Origin: Chloroflexota bacterium | GTDB lineage: Bacteria; Chloroflexota; Limnocylindria; Limnocylindrales; CSP1-4 | Reading direction: 5' to 3' | Assembly: GCA_003141245.1 (NCBI GenBank) | Contig: PLLE01000041.1 | Coordinates: 175,329 to 239,328, forward strand | Length of the DNA: 64,000 nucleotides | Shown here: positions 43,511 through 53,968 of the stretch, in pieces | Position numbering within the stretch: the stretch's first letter is position 1 | Layout: every line of letters starts with the position of its first letter | Notes under the pieces: model-generated | What the model saw: only the letters and a program-made list of their open reading frames with translations | What the model was told of the DNA's origin: nothing | Database searches by the model: none | Made by a program: the position numbers and the translations under genes

Positions 43511-45028
43511 CTACGAGACCCAGAAGCCGAACGTGTAGAGCGTCACCAGCATGCCCATCAGCAGGGTGCTGGTCATGACCCACACTCGATCGAAGAGGTC
43601 GCGGCGGCCGAACGAGGCCAGCATCAGGAAGATGGCGGGAACGGCCAGGACGTAGCGGTCCATGCCCTGGGCGCTGGAGCTGCCGGCACTCAGGACGATC
43701 ACCGCCAGCCCGAAGAGGGCGACGCCGGGCATCTTGCGCAGGAGCCAGACGCAGGCGGCGATGCCCAGAACCAGGGCCAGGAACTCTAGAGTGATGTAGA
43801 CGCTGGTCGACGATGGGAGAGGGCCGCCGCCGAAGATGGCGTATCCGCCTCCGACGCCGGTCTTGTCGACGCCCGTGACCAGGCTGTCCCAGGACTTGTG
43901 CCACATGTCTATCGAACCGGCGAGGTCGAACGAGCGGCCGAAGAACTCGCGCTCGACCACCTGCCAGTTCTGGCCCAGCGGCGAGACGAACCAGGCCGCG
44001 AAGGCTGCCACAGGGGCGATGGCGGCGACGATCGGGACACCGATGCGCCAGCCCTTCGGCCTGGTCTGGCCGTCACGCAGCACCTGGAAGGCCGCCCAGG
44101 CGATCGGCAGGAAGAGGAGGAACCCGGCCTGGCGAGTTACCGCCGCGACCACGGCGAAGGCCGCGGCCCAGACGAGCTTCTTCTCGACCGCCAGCGCGCA
44201 GGCCATGAACGCGAGGCCCAGGAAGAGCCCTTCGGTGTACACCTGCGCCAGGTAGAAGCCGGTCGGGAAGACCAGAAGGTAGAGGGCCGCGCGCAAGCCG
44301 TGCGATCCACCCCAAGTGGAAGTCGCCGTCGGTTCGGCGGTCGCCGTATCGGTGCTCCCCTCCCCCGCCGGCAACTTCCTGCGGCGCCGTTCGAGGAAGG
44401 CCATGAGACGGGCCAGGGCGAGCATCGCCAGCAATCCGCCGAGCGCCGAGACGACGATCCCGGCCAGCGTGGCGCGGCCCGTATCGGTCAGTGCGTTCGT
44501 GAACGGAAGCACGCCCTCTACGGCCATGACCGGCCGCATCAGCATCGGATACGCGGGCATGAAGGCATAGTTGAGCGGTGTCCAGCCATCCATGCCGGCG
44601 GTGCAGGTCGGGACTCCAACGGTGGTCGTGTGGCCGCCACGCGACACGTAGGCCTGGGCGTTCGGGTCGTCGTAGCCGCCCATGGCGATCGAGATGTAGT
44701 ACTCAGAGTCGTAGGCGACGTGCTCGTTCATGTTGGGATCCGCCAGCAGGGGCCGGCAGTTCGGGCCGGATGCGACGAGAAACCCGTCGCCCGTCGACCC
44801 GGATGTCCAGGCGAGCACGTTGTCCGGCCGCGCCGGCTGGAAGCGGGCATCCACGACTATCTGGAAGGCGCAGATGACGGCCAGCCAGGCAACCCAGAGA
44901 ACGACGATCCGGGTCGCGTCGGCGGACGGCCGGAACCGGAGCCGGGCGCCGACGAGGCTGCGGAGTGGGTCGGGCCAGCGGCGCGGCGTTCCCGACTCGG
45001 GCTGGGCCGGGGACTGCGATGAGCTCAC
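43511..45028 (-). CDS. Multi-pass membrane glycosyltransferase, PIG-V-like mannosyltransferase family
   Basis: It has 10 or more TM helices. YDSEYYISIAMGGYDD...LNYAFMPAYPMLMRP resembles the PIG-V / GT-C signature. Confidence 0.65.
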   Translation of the reverse strand: MSSSQSPAQPESGTPRRWPDPLRSLVGARLRFRPSADATRIVVLWVAWLAVICAFQIVVDARFQPARPDNVLAWTSGSTGDGFLVASGPNCRPLLADPNMNEHVAYDSEYYISIAMGGYDDPNAQAYVSRGGHTTTVGVPTCTAGMDGWTPLNYAFMPAYPMLMRPVMAVEGVLPFTNALTDTGRATLAGIVVSALGGLLAMLALARLMAFLERRRRKLPAGEGSTDTATAEPTATSTWGGSHGLRAALYLLVFPTGFYLAQVYTEGLFLGLAFMACALAVEKKLVWAAAFAVVAAVTRQAGFLLFLPIAWAAFQVLRDGQTRPKGWRIGVPIVAAIAPVAAFAAWFVSPLGQNWQVVEREFFGRSFDLAGSIDMWHKSWDSLVTGVDKTGVGGGYAIFGGGPLPSSTSVYITLEFLALVLGIAACVWLLRKMPGVALFGLAVIVLSAGSSSAQGMDRYVLAVPAIFLMLASFGRRDLFDRVWVMTSTLLMGMLVTLYTFGFWVS

Positions 45029-45073
45029 CAGGATCTCCTCTCGTGCGTGTGTCTGAATTGGGGGTGGTCTGGG

Positions 45074-45673
45074 CTAGACGGTGAGCTGGAAGGAGGCGAA
45101 GAAGGCCTCGGTCCGACCGGCGTCGATTATGCCGCGGTCGCCGACCACGCCAACGAAGTAGATGTCGTCGCTGGCGATGAACAACTCCCCCACCCCGGTG
45201 GTTGTGGAATTGGCCACGGTGACACGGCGGCCGGGGTGACCGGAGAGAGTGACGTCTAGTTGCGAGACGATCTTGGCGTCGGGGATGAGAGAGGCTTCCT
45301 GGGTGACGCTCGTGTCCAGCACGTCCTTGACAGGCGCACCGGTGAGGCTCCCGGGCTTGAGCTGGACGCGTACGACCATGTAGCCAACGCCGGAGCTGTC
45401 GGCGCAGTTCCAGACGGATTCAGAGCCTTCGCCCCCGGGGGTCTGGATCGAGTCTGTCGTCTTCTGGGCCGTGCCCGGCATCGACACGGAGAAGCCCTCG
45501 CCGTCGGGGTTGAGCGTGACCCAGCCTGTCATGTCGACGGCGCTCGGCGCCGCGGTCACGGGGGGTGGCACGTAGACCGCGGGATGGCGCGGGATCGTGT
45601 TGGAGCAGGCGGCAACGGCGACCGCGCACAGGATCGCCGGGGCCAGGCGACGGACGTCACGCGGGGCGGACAT
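45074..45673 (-). CDS. Lipoprotein, function unknown
   Basis: ATG at 45673. The signal peptide carries the lipobox VAAC. A paralogous fragment lies immediately upstream. Confidence 0.65.
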   Translation of the reverse strand: MSAPRDVRRLAPAILCAVAVAACSNTIPRHPAVYVPPPVTAAPSAVDMTGWVTLNPDGEGFSVSMPGTAQKTTDSIQTPGGEGSESVWNCADSSGVGYMVVRVQLKPGSLTGAPVKDVLDTSVTQEASLIPDAKIVSQLDVTLSGHPGRRVTVANSTTTGVGELFIASDDIYFVGVVGDRGIIDAGRTEAFFASFQLTV

Positions 45674-45732
45674 TGACAGGCTCACCAGGAACTCCTCCTC
45701 GACTGGAACTGACGGACTGCGGGCCGAGCCGC

Positions 45733-45977
45733 TCAGCGGGTGATCTGGAACGAGGCGAAGAAAGGCTGCATCAGACCAGCGTCGATCTTGTCGGTGGCGC
45801 CGCCAAACCCCACGCCGTAGATGTCGTCGCCCACGACGAAGAACTCGCCGCTCGCCGTGGCCATAGCACCGGCAACCGTGAAGAGACGGCCGGGGTGACC
45901 GGACAGCGTGACATCGGCTTGCGAGAGGCATGGGACGGAGACGGTGCTGGCCCTAGCGGCCGCCGCGATGGACTTGC
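45733..45977 (-). pseudogene. Truncated tandem paralogue of the 45074-45673 lipoprotein gene (C-terminal third, no start codon)
   Basis: The minus-strand translation SQADVTLSGHPGRLFTVAG...GEFFVVGDDIYGVGFGG...IDAGLMQPFFASFQITR* aligns with SQLDVTLSGHPGRRVTVAN...GELFIASDDIYFVGVVGD...IDAGRTEAFFASFQLTV*. Confidence 0.5.
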
Positions 45978-45978
45978 C

Positions 45979-46236
45979 CTAGTACCTCGTGCGGCGCGTC
46001 TCTTCCTTCTTCGGTGGACGGGGTTCGTTGCCCGGGCGCGGCGGGTTCGGAGCCGTCCCGGGGGCCATGTCCGGCTGGGGTGGCCGCGGCCCACGAGCGC
46101 GGGCCGCTTCTACCTCGAGCGCGAAGGCTGCCGCGCGATCAGGCGGAATGGCGCGCTCCCAGTCGGCAGTGATCTGCTTGACCCGCACATTTCCTGCCGC
46201 TCGCTGCTCGCGTTCGTATCTCGATCTCTTCGTCAT
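45979..46236 (-). CDS. Hypothetical protein with a Pro-rich tail
   Basis: MTKRSRYEREQRAAGNVRVKQITADWERAIPPD... No family was recognised and the coding status is uncertain. Confidence 0.3.
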   Translation of the reverse strand: MTKRSRYEREQRAAGNVRVKQITADWERAIPPDRAAAFALEVEAARARGPRPPQPDMAPGTAPNPPRPGNEPRPPKKEETRRTRY

Positions 46237-46425
46237 TTGGTCCTCGACTGGGATACCCGGCATCTCCGCCGACTCGGGCAACTATTTTGCGCTCATCGCC
46301 GACGCCTGTCCCACAGCCCGCTGCAATGCGCCGGCCAGCGGCGCTCGCGCGGCCCGATGAGTGGAGGAAGTCTCTACGCCCGGCTCGCCAGGATTTCGGA
46401 TGGCCTCACGATTTAGCATTGACCC

Positions 46426-46908
46426 ATGCTGACCCTCCGCCCCGCCGTTCCAACCGACGCCGCGCTGATCCTGGATTACGTCCGCGAACTTGCGGAGTAC
46501 GAACGGGAGCCGGAGGCCGCCGTGGCTACGGAGGCGGACATCCGCCGCCATGCGTTCTCCGAGCATCCGTTGGTGAAGGTGACGATGGCCGAATGGGACG
46601 GCCAACCCGCAGGTTTTGCCCTCTGGTTCCTTAACTTCAGCACCTGGGAAGGCAAGCCGGGCATCTACCTCGAGGATCTGTTCGTGCGGCCCGCATATCG
46701 CCGGAACGGCATTGGCAAGGCCCTCCTCAAGCATCTGGCGGCCCTCGCCGTGGAGGAGGGCTGGACCCGCTTCGTCTGGCAGGTGCTCGATTGGAATACC
46801 CCGGCCATCGAGTTCTACGAGGCCCAGGGTGCAAGAGTGATGCGGTCTTGGATCACCTGCCGCGTGGAAGGCGACGCGATCAAGCGGCTCGCCGAAACGG
46901 CGGATTGA
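46426..46908 (+). CDS. GNAT N-acetyltransferase (diamine/SSAT-like)
   Basis: LEDLFVRPAYRRNGIGKALLKHLAALAVEEG is the acetyl-CoA motif A. WNTPAIEFYEAQGA is also present. Confidence 0.88.
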   Translation: MLTLRPAVPTDAALILDYVRELAEYEREPEAAVATEADIRRHAFSEHPLVKVTMAEWDGQPAGFALWFLNFSTWEGKPGIYLEDLFVRPAYRRNGIGKALLKHLAALAVEEGWTRFVWQVLDWNTPAIEFYEAQGARVMRSWITCRVEGDAIKRLAETAD

Positions 46909-47068
46909 CCCGGGCTCGACTTGCCGGATCCAACGCCACGGCCCCTCGGCTTCCGCGTCGCCACCGGTGACCAACGCCAGGCGCGCCTTGACGGCGCCGC
47001 AACCTATACTCTCTGCTTCCAGAGGCACAGAGCCATCTGCGACTGCCAGGGCAGGAGATCCCGACCCC

Positions 47069-47749
47069 ATGAGCGACAAAGTCACCGAGATCGTGCTCTC
47101 TGGGGGACCGTGCAGCGGGAAGTCGACCAGCCTGGCCTCCCTCTCCGCGAAGTTGGTCGACTGGGGCTATCGTCCGCTCATAGTCCCCGAGCTCCCGACG
47201 ACCCTCATCTCCGGCGGGCTCCACGACCTTGGCGCGATTGCGGGCCGCGATCGTGCGCATTTCCTCGAGATCGAGATGCGGATGCTCCTCATGATGAGGT
47301 CGATCCGCCTCCACTATCTCGCCCTGGCCCAGACGTTCGTCCAGCGCGGCGAGAAGGTGGTCATCATCTACGACCGGGCCGAAGCCGACATCGCTGCGTA
47401 CGTCGGGCCACAGGCCTTTGCGCAGCTCTGCGAGGAAGCTGGCCTCTCGATGCTCGACGTACGCGACAGCTACGACGCGGTCATCTACCTCGTCACGGCA
47501 GCCTTCGGCGCAGAGCACGCGTACACGACGGCCAACAACGCGGCACGCCGGGAGACGATCGAGGAGGCACGCGAGGTCGACTTGCGCACGCGGATGGCCT
47601 GGCAGGGCCACCCGAACCTTCGGATCGTTGACTCCTCGATTGACTTTCAAGGCAAGATCGACTGTGTCCTTGCCGTGGTCGCCCAGGTACTCGGGATTCC
47701 GGAGCCGCCCAAGAGCGAGCCCGAGGTCGTCCCCGACGCCGTTCCCTAG
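47069..47749 (+). CDS. P-loop NTPase (AAA_28/NadR-like ATPase family)
   Basis: Walker A motif LSGGPCSGKST and Walker B-like motif VVIIYDRAEAD. Confidence 0.7.
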   Translation: MSDKVTEIVLSGGPCSGKSTSLASLSAKLVDWGYRPLIVPELPTTLISGGLHDLGAIAGRDRAHFLEIEMRMLLMMRSIRLHYLALAQTFVQRGEKVVIIYDRAEADIAAYVGPQAFAQLCEEAGLSMLDVRDSYDAVIYLVTAAFGAEHAYTTANNAARRETIEEAREVDLRTRMAWQGHPNLRIVDSSIDFQGKIDCVLAVVAQVLGIPEPPKSEPEVVPDAVP

Positions 47750-48057
47750 GCCGCGGCGGACCGCTCCGCTGGCCGCGCCTGGCGCGGTCCCTGCGTTTCC
47801 GTCATCTACGCCTGGTGGAAGTGTCGGATGCAGATCGGAGACGCGGAGGGCCGCGCACGGCCCCGTTAGGCCGAATGCTCGCCCTGTTTCGAGCGTGGAT
47901 CGCGGCTGCGCCAGGGCCGGACGAGGACAGATCGGTTCGAGGTTGCGGCCGACACGCCTGGTGGGCGTAAACGCCAGAACCCGAGCCTCCGACCCCGCTT
48001 CGGTCAGGGACGCTCGCTCGGGCTCAGCGGGCTCAGATCGTCGGGGTCCCGATCGAC

Positions 48058-49182
48058 TCAATCGCCCAGGCAGGTTCCCACGTGCCGCGCCGCCAGAACC
48101 CACGGGTGGTCGGGCGGGACCAGCTTGCGCTTGCCGGCCACCTGGTCGAGGGGCACCGGCTCCGTCCCCTCACCGCGCGCCGCCACCATCACCCCGAACA
48201 CGCCCTCGCGGATCAGGTCCGCGCCAGCGCTCCCCAGGCGCGTCGCCAGCAGGCGGTCAGCCGCCGACGGCGTACCGCCGCGCTGCACGTAGCCGAGGAT
48301 GGTGACCCGGGATTCGAGCCCGGTGAGCGCCTCGAGCTGGCTCGCCAGCCGAAGGGTGTTGCCCGCGTGAGCCGCCTCTACAGCCGCCAGCGCCCCGACC
48401 GCGGTCTGGATCTCCTCCGGAGTGGAGGCTGCTCGCTTTCGGGCCTCCGCCTCGCGGAACGACTCCGCATCGCCGGGGTTCCGGGCACCCTCGGCTACCG
48501 CGACGATGCTGAAGTTGGACCCGCCCCGGACGCGGCGACCGATTGCGTCGGCGATGGATTGCACAGTGTAAGGAATCTCCGGGATCAGGATCACGTCAGC
48601 ACCACCGGCAAGCCCGGCCCCCAGCGTCAGCCAGCCGGCCCGATGGCCCATGATCTCGACGACGATGATCCGGTGGTGGCTGTGCGCGGTGCTGTGCAGC
48701 CGGTCGATGGCGTCGGTGGCGATGTCGAGGGCCGTGGCGAACCCAAACGTCGCATCGGTCTTCACGACGTCGTTGTCGATGGTCTTGGGAAGGGTGATGA
48801 CGTTGAGGCCGGCCCGGACGAGCCGCAGGGCGTTCTTCGCGGTGCCGCCGCCGCCCAGGCAGACGAGGGCATCGAGGCGGTGCTTCTCGTAGGTCCTGAC
48901 CACGGCGCCGGTCATGTCCACGACCTCGCCGCCCACGAGCATCCGGTGAGGCTTGTCGCGGCTCGTGCCCAGGATCGTGCCGCCCACGGTGAGGATCCCG
49001 GACAGCCTCCCGTCGAGCCGCACGAAGCGGTCTTCGGCCAGGCCGCGGAACCCGTCGCGGAAGCCGACGACCGTCATGCCGTGGTGGCCGATGGCCGCCT
49101 TGCCGATCCCTCGAATCGCGGCGTTCAGTCCGGGGCTGTCGCCCCCGGCGGTCACGATGCCGATGCGCCTGGGACGGGCCAT
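48058..49182 (-). CDS. pfkA: 6-phosphofructokinase (ATP- or PPi-dependent)
   Basis: [19 protein letters not shown]...GGTILGTSR...LVCLGGGGT...PKTIDNDV...MGHRAGW. An in-frame upstream start at 49233 is possible. Confidence 0.9.
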   Translation of the reverse strand: MARPRRIGIVTAGGDSPGLNAAIRGIGKAAIGHHGMTVVGFRDGFRGLAEDRFVRLDGRLSGILTVGGTILGTSRDKPHRMLVGGEVVDMTGAVVRTYEKHRLDALVCLGGGGTAKNALRLVRAGLNVITLPKTIDNDVVKTDATFGFATALDIATDAIDRLHSTAHSHHRIIVVEIMGHRAGWLTLGAGLAGGADVILIPEIPYTVQSIADAIGRRVRGGSNFSIVAVAEGARNPGDAESFREAEARKRAASTPEEIQTAVGALAAVEAAHAGNTLRLASQLEALTGLESRVTILGYVQRGGTPSAADRLLATRLGSAGADLIREGVFGVMVAARGEGTEPVPLDQVAGKRKLVPPDHPWVLAARHVGTCLGD

Positions 49183-49342
49183 GTCTCCGCTCCACTCTGC
49201 TGGGTCGCCGAATGCCGAGCCATCGGCGGGCAAGCCGTTCGTTTCCGTGAACGAGCATACGTCGGGCTCGTCGATCGGTCGACGGATCTCGTCCGGGTGA
49301 TCCCGGCGACCGTGACCCCTCTTCGTCCTATGCTGGCACCGT

Positions 49343-50407
49343 ATGATCCCGACCTTCCCTCAAAGCATCTCCCTGACCATCACCAACCACTGCAACCTCC
49401 GCTGCCAGATGTGCGGACAGTGGAGCCAGGAAGGCTACGTCCGTGGCAACCCCGAGCGCCTCAAACATGAGATGACCCTTGCCGACTGGAAGCGGGTCGT
49501 AGACGAGCTGGTTGCACACGACGTTCCTGACCTGCTGCTACGCGGCGGAGAGCCGTTCATGTTCCCTCAGATCATCGAGCTGCTCGAATACATCCACGAC
49601 AGGGGGGTCTTCATCTCGATCGACACCAACGGGACGATGCTGGCGCGACATGCCGGGGAGATCGCCCGCATCGGAGGCATGCACCTGACCATTTCGGTCG
49701 ACGGACCGGAGGCGATTCACGATGAGGTCCGGCGTGTCACAGGAACCTTCCAACGCCTGAAGGACGGCATCGCCCGGGTCGCTGCCGCCGAAGAGAAGAC
49801 CGGGAACAAGATCGGCCGTTCGATCTGCTTCACGATCAGCCGATACAACTACCGCATCCTGGGCGCCATGCCCGAGGTCGCCCGCAGCCTGGGGATCGGA
49901 TCGATCGCCATCGTGCCGTACTACTACTTCCCCGACTCGACCGGTGCGAGATACGAGCAGGAACTACACAGCCTGGGATGCGAGGCCTTCTCGTGGGCCG
50001 GTTTTCACCACGAGGACTCGGGCGTGGATACGGAAGAGTTCATACGCCAGCTCCACCAGTATCGAGACAGCCTCGGGGAAGTCGAAAGCTATCCCTACAT
50101 GCCCCTGAACGAGGACGAATACCGGGCCTGGTTCGCCGGTCCGCAGATCCCGGTCGGGCCGCAGTACTGCCTCAATGTCGAGAGACTGATCGACATCCAG
50201 CCCGACGGCTCGGCCAACTTCTGCGTGGATTTCGTCGACTATTCGTTCGGGAATGTCCGGGAAGCGAGCCTCGAGGAGCTGTGGAATGGCGAACGCGCCG
50301 AGCGCTTCCGCACCTACCGGCGGCGGCAGCCCCTTGCGGTGTGTTACCGCTGCGGCGCGAAATACATGTCCAATCCATGGGCCGAGTATTCGCTGACCAC
50401 GAGGTAG
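49343..50407 (+). CDS. Radical SAM enzyme with a SPASM-type C-terminal Cys cluster
   Basis: [11 protein letters not shown] (CxxxCxxC), then C-terminal C...CVDF...GNV...CYRCGAKY. Confidence 0.85.
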   Translation: MIPTFPQSISLTITNHCNLRCQMCGQWSQEGYVRGNPERLKHEMTLADWKRVVDELVAHDVPDLLLRGGEPFMFPQIIELLEYIHDRGVFISIDTNGTMLARHAGEIARIGGMHLTISVDGPEAIHDEVRRVTGTFQRLKDGIARVAAAEEKTGNKIGRSICFTISRYNYRILGAMPEVARSLGIGSIAIVPYYYFPDSTGARYEQELHSLGCEAFSWAGFHHEDSGVDTEEFIRQLHQYRDSLGEVESYPYMPLNEDEYRAWFAGPQIPVGPQYCLNVERLIDIQPDGSANFCVDFVDYSFGNVREASLEELWNGERAERFRTYRRRQPLAVCYRCGAKYMSNPWAEYSLTTR

Positions 50408-50456
50408 CCCCCGCCGGCCCTGCCATTACCTGCGAAACGACCGGCCAATTAGGATC

Positions 50457-50648
50457 TCAGCGATCGTCCTCGCGGCGTATCGCGTCCTTGGCATCGCCGA
50501 TCTTCGTTTCGAGCTTGCCCTTGACCTGGTCGAGCTTGCCCGACACTTCGGTCGAGCGATCGCCGGTGACTTTGCCCACCTTCTCCTTGATGGCGCCTTT
50601 GACCTGGTCCCGCTTACCCCGCATGCGATCCTCGGTCACTTCTTTCAC
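50457..50648 (-). CDS. CsbD-family stress protein
   Basis: GKRDQVKGAIKEKVGKVTGDRSTEVSGKLDQVKGKLETKIGDAKDA. Confidence 0.85.
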   Translation of the reverse strand: MKEVTEDRMRGKRDQVKGAIKEKVGKVTGDRSTEVSGKLDQVKGKLETKIGDAKDAIRREDDR

Positions 50649-50844
50649 CTTCGGCTACAGCGGCGGATGCCGCTGCTCGACGATACACCCCAACGACACG
50701 GCGTGGATGCCTGGCGAGTCGACGATCCCGCTGATCCTCGTGGCGGGCATTGCAGGCGAGTTGGTCTGCGCCTATCCTCCACCTAAGGAGGCGCCGACTC
50801 GGCGTCTTGCCTTCCCGGGCTTCCAGCAGCAGGCGGTATATCCC

Positions 50845-50937
50845 ATGGGTACGGACCAGATCATCACCGTCGTGGTAATCGTCCTCATCGTGCTCTTTGT
50901 TCTGGGTTACTTCGGGCGCAGCAGGTTCCGCGGGTAG
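50845..50937 (+). CDS. Possible 30-aa single-TM peptide
   Basis: MGTDQIITVVVIVLIVLFVLGYFGRSRFRG has a hydrophobic core and a basic tail. The RBS is weak. Confidence 0.3.
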   Translation: MGTDQIITVVVIVLIVLFVLGYFGRSRFRG

Positions 50938-51046
50938 AAACGGTCGACGCGGGAGACAGCCCGCCAGGACCCGCCGTGTTGCATTGCCGACCGGGCGCGC
51001 CGTCACTGCGGCGGTCGGTTGGCTCGGATCGAGGAAGGAGGCAGGA

Positions 51047-51715
51047 ATGCTCCGTCGCGTGCTCATCATCATCGTCGCTGTCCTTGCGGTGGTCGTCCTT
51101 GCCGTCTCCTGGCTCGGATTGGCCCAGGTGCCGGTCCTCAGCGCCGCCTTCGGCATGGACCGCGCCCGCGACCTGAGAATGCCTTCGGATCGGGCCGCCT
51201 TCGAGAGCTTCTGCAACCAGTACGGGATCACGCGACCGTCGCCGGCGCAGAACTACACGCTGTCCAGCAAGCACCACTGGTCGGGCAGCGTTCAGGTGGA
51301 TGGCACGCTCAGCGAGGCCGCTCTTGGGTCCCTGCGCGAACTGAACACCCCTAACTCGCACTTCAGCCAGATCCAGTTCCGCATCCATGACGGGTATGTC
51401 GAGATGGCAGCCTTCGTCAACAACGTTCAGGGCTACCCGATCTCCGGACCCGTGTACGGCCAATTCTCCATCTCCAGGACCAGCTCAAAGTCCGTCGCGA
51501 TCGATATCACCCAGCTCGACTTCGGGCGCATCGGCGTGCCGGGTAACGTCGTCGACCAGGCCACGACCGCGCTGGACGCTTACGTGAACAAGACGATCCT
51601 GGAGGCGGGCATAACCATCGATAGCCTCGAGCTCCGAGAGGGTGGGATCTACTTCAAGGGTACGTGGCCCAAGACGATCACCGCCGACGCCCCGAACCCG
51701 GCCGACCTGCCATAG
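51047..51715 (+). CDS. Membrane-anchored hypothetical protein
   Basis: GAAGGAGG lies 6 nt upstream of the ATG. It has an N-terminal TM helix (VLIIIVAVLAVVVLAVSWLGL) and an extracytoplasmic domain of about 190 aa. Confidence 0.6.
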   Translation: MLRRVLIIIVAVLAVVVLAVSWLGLAQVPVLSAAFGMDRARDLRMPSDRAAFESFCNQYGITRPSPAQNYTLSSKHHWSGSVQVDGTLSEAALGSLRELNTPNSHFSQIQFRIHDGYVEMAAFVNNVQGYPISGPVYGQFSISRTSSKSVAIDITQLDFGRIGVPGNVVDQATTALDAYVNKTILEAGITIDSLELREGGIYFKGTWPKTITADAPNPADLP

Positions 51716-51824
51716 GCTGAACGGCTCGCCCGCCGTCGGCGCTTGCGCGGGCTCGCGCCAGGCAGCCGCCCATCGTTGACGGCTGCTCAACGTCGTGCTC
51801 ATGACCAGGCGTATGATCGTGCGT

Positions 51825-52298
51825 ATGCGCAGGATCGCCGAGTCCGGGCCACAGATCACTTACCAGGTATCCGAACTCGCGCGCCACCACCGCGCCGTGG
51901 TCGACGCGGCCCGCGCGGGACGCGCCCTGTTGCGCGACAAGGACGGAACCGCCCTCGTGCTCGCGCCCGCAGCGGAGATCGAGCGTACCTACGAGATCGC
52001 AGAGCTAGCGCTGGAGCTTATCCGCGCTCGGCAGGCCGTCGATCGGGGGGTCGGTAACCACTCGGCGGGCCTCTTCGGCGACCTCGCGTGGATGACCGTC
52101 CTGCCCGACGACGCCCAGCGCCAGTTCCTCGACGAGATCACGGAGACATTGCTGGTCGCCGCCTCGGGTACGTCGCTGCGACCCGTCGAGTTGGCGCTCG
52201 ATGACTGGCGCACGACCGCCGAGGCGTGGGCCGATCTGGAGACGCGAGAGGCTCTCCCGGACGAAGAGCCCGCGCCGCTCGCCGACGTCGAGCTGTAG
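51825..52298 (+). CDS. Hypothetical protein with a Phd/YefM-like N-terminus
   Basis: QITYQVSELARHHRAVVDAARAGRALLRDKDGTALVLAP resembles an antitoxin fold, but no toxin partner is adjacent. The start is ambiguous (51795 or 51825). Confidence 0.45.
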   Translation: MRRIAESGPQITYQVSELARHHRAVVDAARAGRALLRDKDGTALVLAPAAEIERTYEIAELALELIRARQAVDRGVGNHSAGLFGDLAWMTVLPDDAQRQFLDEITETLLVAASGTSLRPVELALDDWRTTAEAWADLETREALPDEEPAPLADVEL

Positions 52299-52423
52299 TT
52301 CATCCGGGCGGGACTGTTCGATGCCGAAGAAGCCAGCTCCCCCCGAGCGATCTGTGGCCGCGAGCGAGCCGTGGACGATCAAGCCAGCCGAAGGAGACCG
52401 AGTGAACCGAGAAGGACCGCCAC

Positions 52424-53905
52424 TTGTCCGTCCGTGAGCTGTACCGCTTGAGCCTGGCGACCCTGACCGACCTTTACGAGTTGACCATGGGAGCCGGCTA
52501 CGTAGCCACCGGCCTGGCCGAACGAGAGGCCGTCTTCGCCCTGAGCTTCCGGAGCCTGCCGTTCGGCGGTGGGTACGCCGTGGCCGCAGGTCTCGCCGAT
52601 GCGCTGGAGATCCTCGAGAACTTGCGATTCGAGGCGGCCGACATCGAGCACCTGCGCGGACTTCGAGGGTCGACGGACCGACCGCTCTTCAAGCCCGACT
52701 TCCTGGATTTCCTCGCCGCCCTGCGGTTCTCGTGTGACGTCGACGCCATCCCCGAGGGGACTGTCGTCTTCGGCAACGAGCCGCTGCTGCGCGTCCGCGG
52801 CCCGCTCCTGCAGGCGCAGCTCGTCGAGAGCGTGCTCCTCAACGTGATCGGCTTCCAGACGCTCGTGGCCACCAAGGCGGCCCGGGTCGTCGAGGCGGCC
52901 GGAGGCGGTGCCGTGCTGGAGTTCGGACTTCGGCGTGCCCAGGGCCCCGACGGAGCGCTCTCGGCCGCTCGCGCGGCCTACATCGGAGGCGTGGCCGCCA
53001 CGTCGAACGTGCTCGCCGGCCGATTGCACGGGATTCCCGTCCGCGGCACACATGCCCACTCATGGGTCCAGGTCTTCGACGACGAGCAGGCCGCCTTCGA
53101 TGCCTACGCCGACGCACAGCCCGACAACGTGACCTTGCTCGTGGACACATACGACTCACTCACCGGTGTGCGCCACGCCATCGAAACGGGCAAGCGGCTG
53201 CGCGCGAGCGGCCGATCGCTCGAGGGAATCCGCCTGGACTCCGGCGACCTGGCCTACCTCTCGATCGAGGCTCGCCGCATGCTCGACGAGGCCGGCTTCG
53301 CCGCCACGCGCATCGTCGCTTCCAACGACCTCGACGAGCACACCATCGAGTCGCTGCGCGAGCAGGGCGCTCGCATCGATGTCTGGGGTGTCGGCACCAA
53401 GCTCGATACGGCGTTCGACCAGCCGGCCCTCGGCGCGATCTACAAGCTGAGCGCTGTCCGCGATTCGAACGGCGAATGGCGGTTCCCGGTGAAGCTCTCG
53501 GAGCAGACCGCGAAGATCTCCACGCCCGGGATCCTTGGTGTGCGGCGATTCATCGACGCGACCGGCCGATTCCGCGCCGACATGATCTACGACGAGGGGA
53601 TGCCGACTCAGAGCGACGCCGGCGTCATCGTCGATCCAGCGGACTCTCTCCACATGCGTTCGATCGATCCGGGCTGGAGCCCCGAGGAGCTGGTGCTGCC
53701 GGCCTTGCGGAACGGTCGGCGCGCAGGTCCCTCCCCCACTCTGGCCGAAATCAGAGAGCGGGCTCGCCGCCAGATCGCCGGTCTGCATCCGGCCATCCGC
53801 CGACTGCTGAACCCGCACGTCTACCCCGTCGGACTTGAGTATCGGCTGCACCGGCGGCGCACCGAACAGGTCCTCGAGCGCAGGCTCCTGCAACCGCCGA
53901 CCTGA
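52424..53905 (+). CDS. pncB: Nicotinate phosphoribosyltransferase
   Basis: LTDLYELTMGAGY...FGLRRAQG...RGTHAHSWV...LLVDTYD...IRLDSGDL. Confidence 0.9.
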   Translation: MSVRELYRLSLATLTDLYELTMGAGYVATGLAEREAVFALSFRSLPFGGGYAVAAGLADALEILENLRFEAADIEHLRGLRGSTDRPLFKPDFLDFLAALRFSCDVDAIPEGTVVFGNEPLLRVRGPLLQAQLVESVLLNVIGFQTLVATKAARVVEAAGGGAVLEFGLRRAQGPDGALSAARAAYIGGVAATSNVLAGRLHGIPVRGTHAHSWVQVFDDEQAAFDAYADAQPDNVTLLVDTYDSLTGVRHAIETGKRLRASGRSLEGIRLDSGDLAYLSIEARRMLDEAGFAATRIVASNDLDEHTIESLREQGARIDVWGVGTKLDTAFDQPALGAIYKLSAVRDSNGEWRFPVKLSEQTAKISTPGILGVRRFIDATGRFRADMIYDEGMPTQSDAGVIVDPADSLHMRSIDPGWSPEELVLPALRNGRRAGPSPTLAEIRERARRQIAGLHPAIRRLLNPHVYPVGLEYRLHRRRTEQVLERRLLQPPT

Positions 53906-53968
53906 CTTCGCGGACGAATCGCCGGGTCCGGTCGAGGGCGGCGCCCGGGGAGGCGGAGGCGCTCTCCC

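Noticed and set aside
46282-47085. A 267-aa minus-strand ORF opposite the GNAT gene.
   Set aside because: It is a shadow ORF. The plus strand carries a clear GNAT acetyl-CoA-binding motif.
47750-48057. A 300-nt convergent intergenic region containing GGTTCGAGG, a possible tRNA T-arm.
   Set aside because: No acceptor, D or anticodon stems could be built on either strand.
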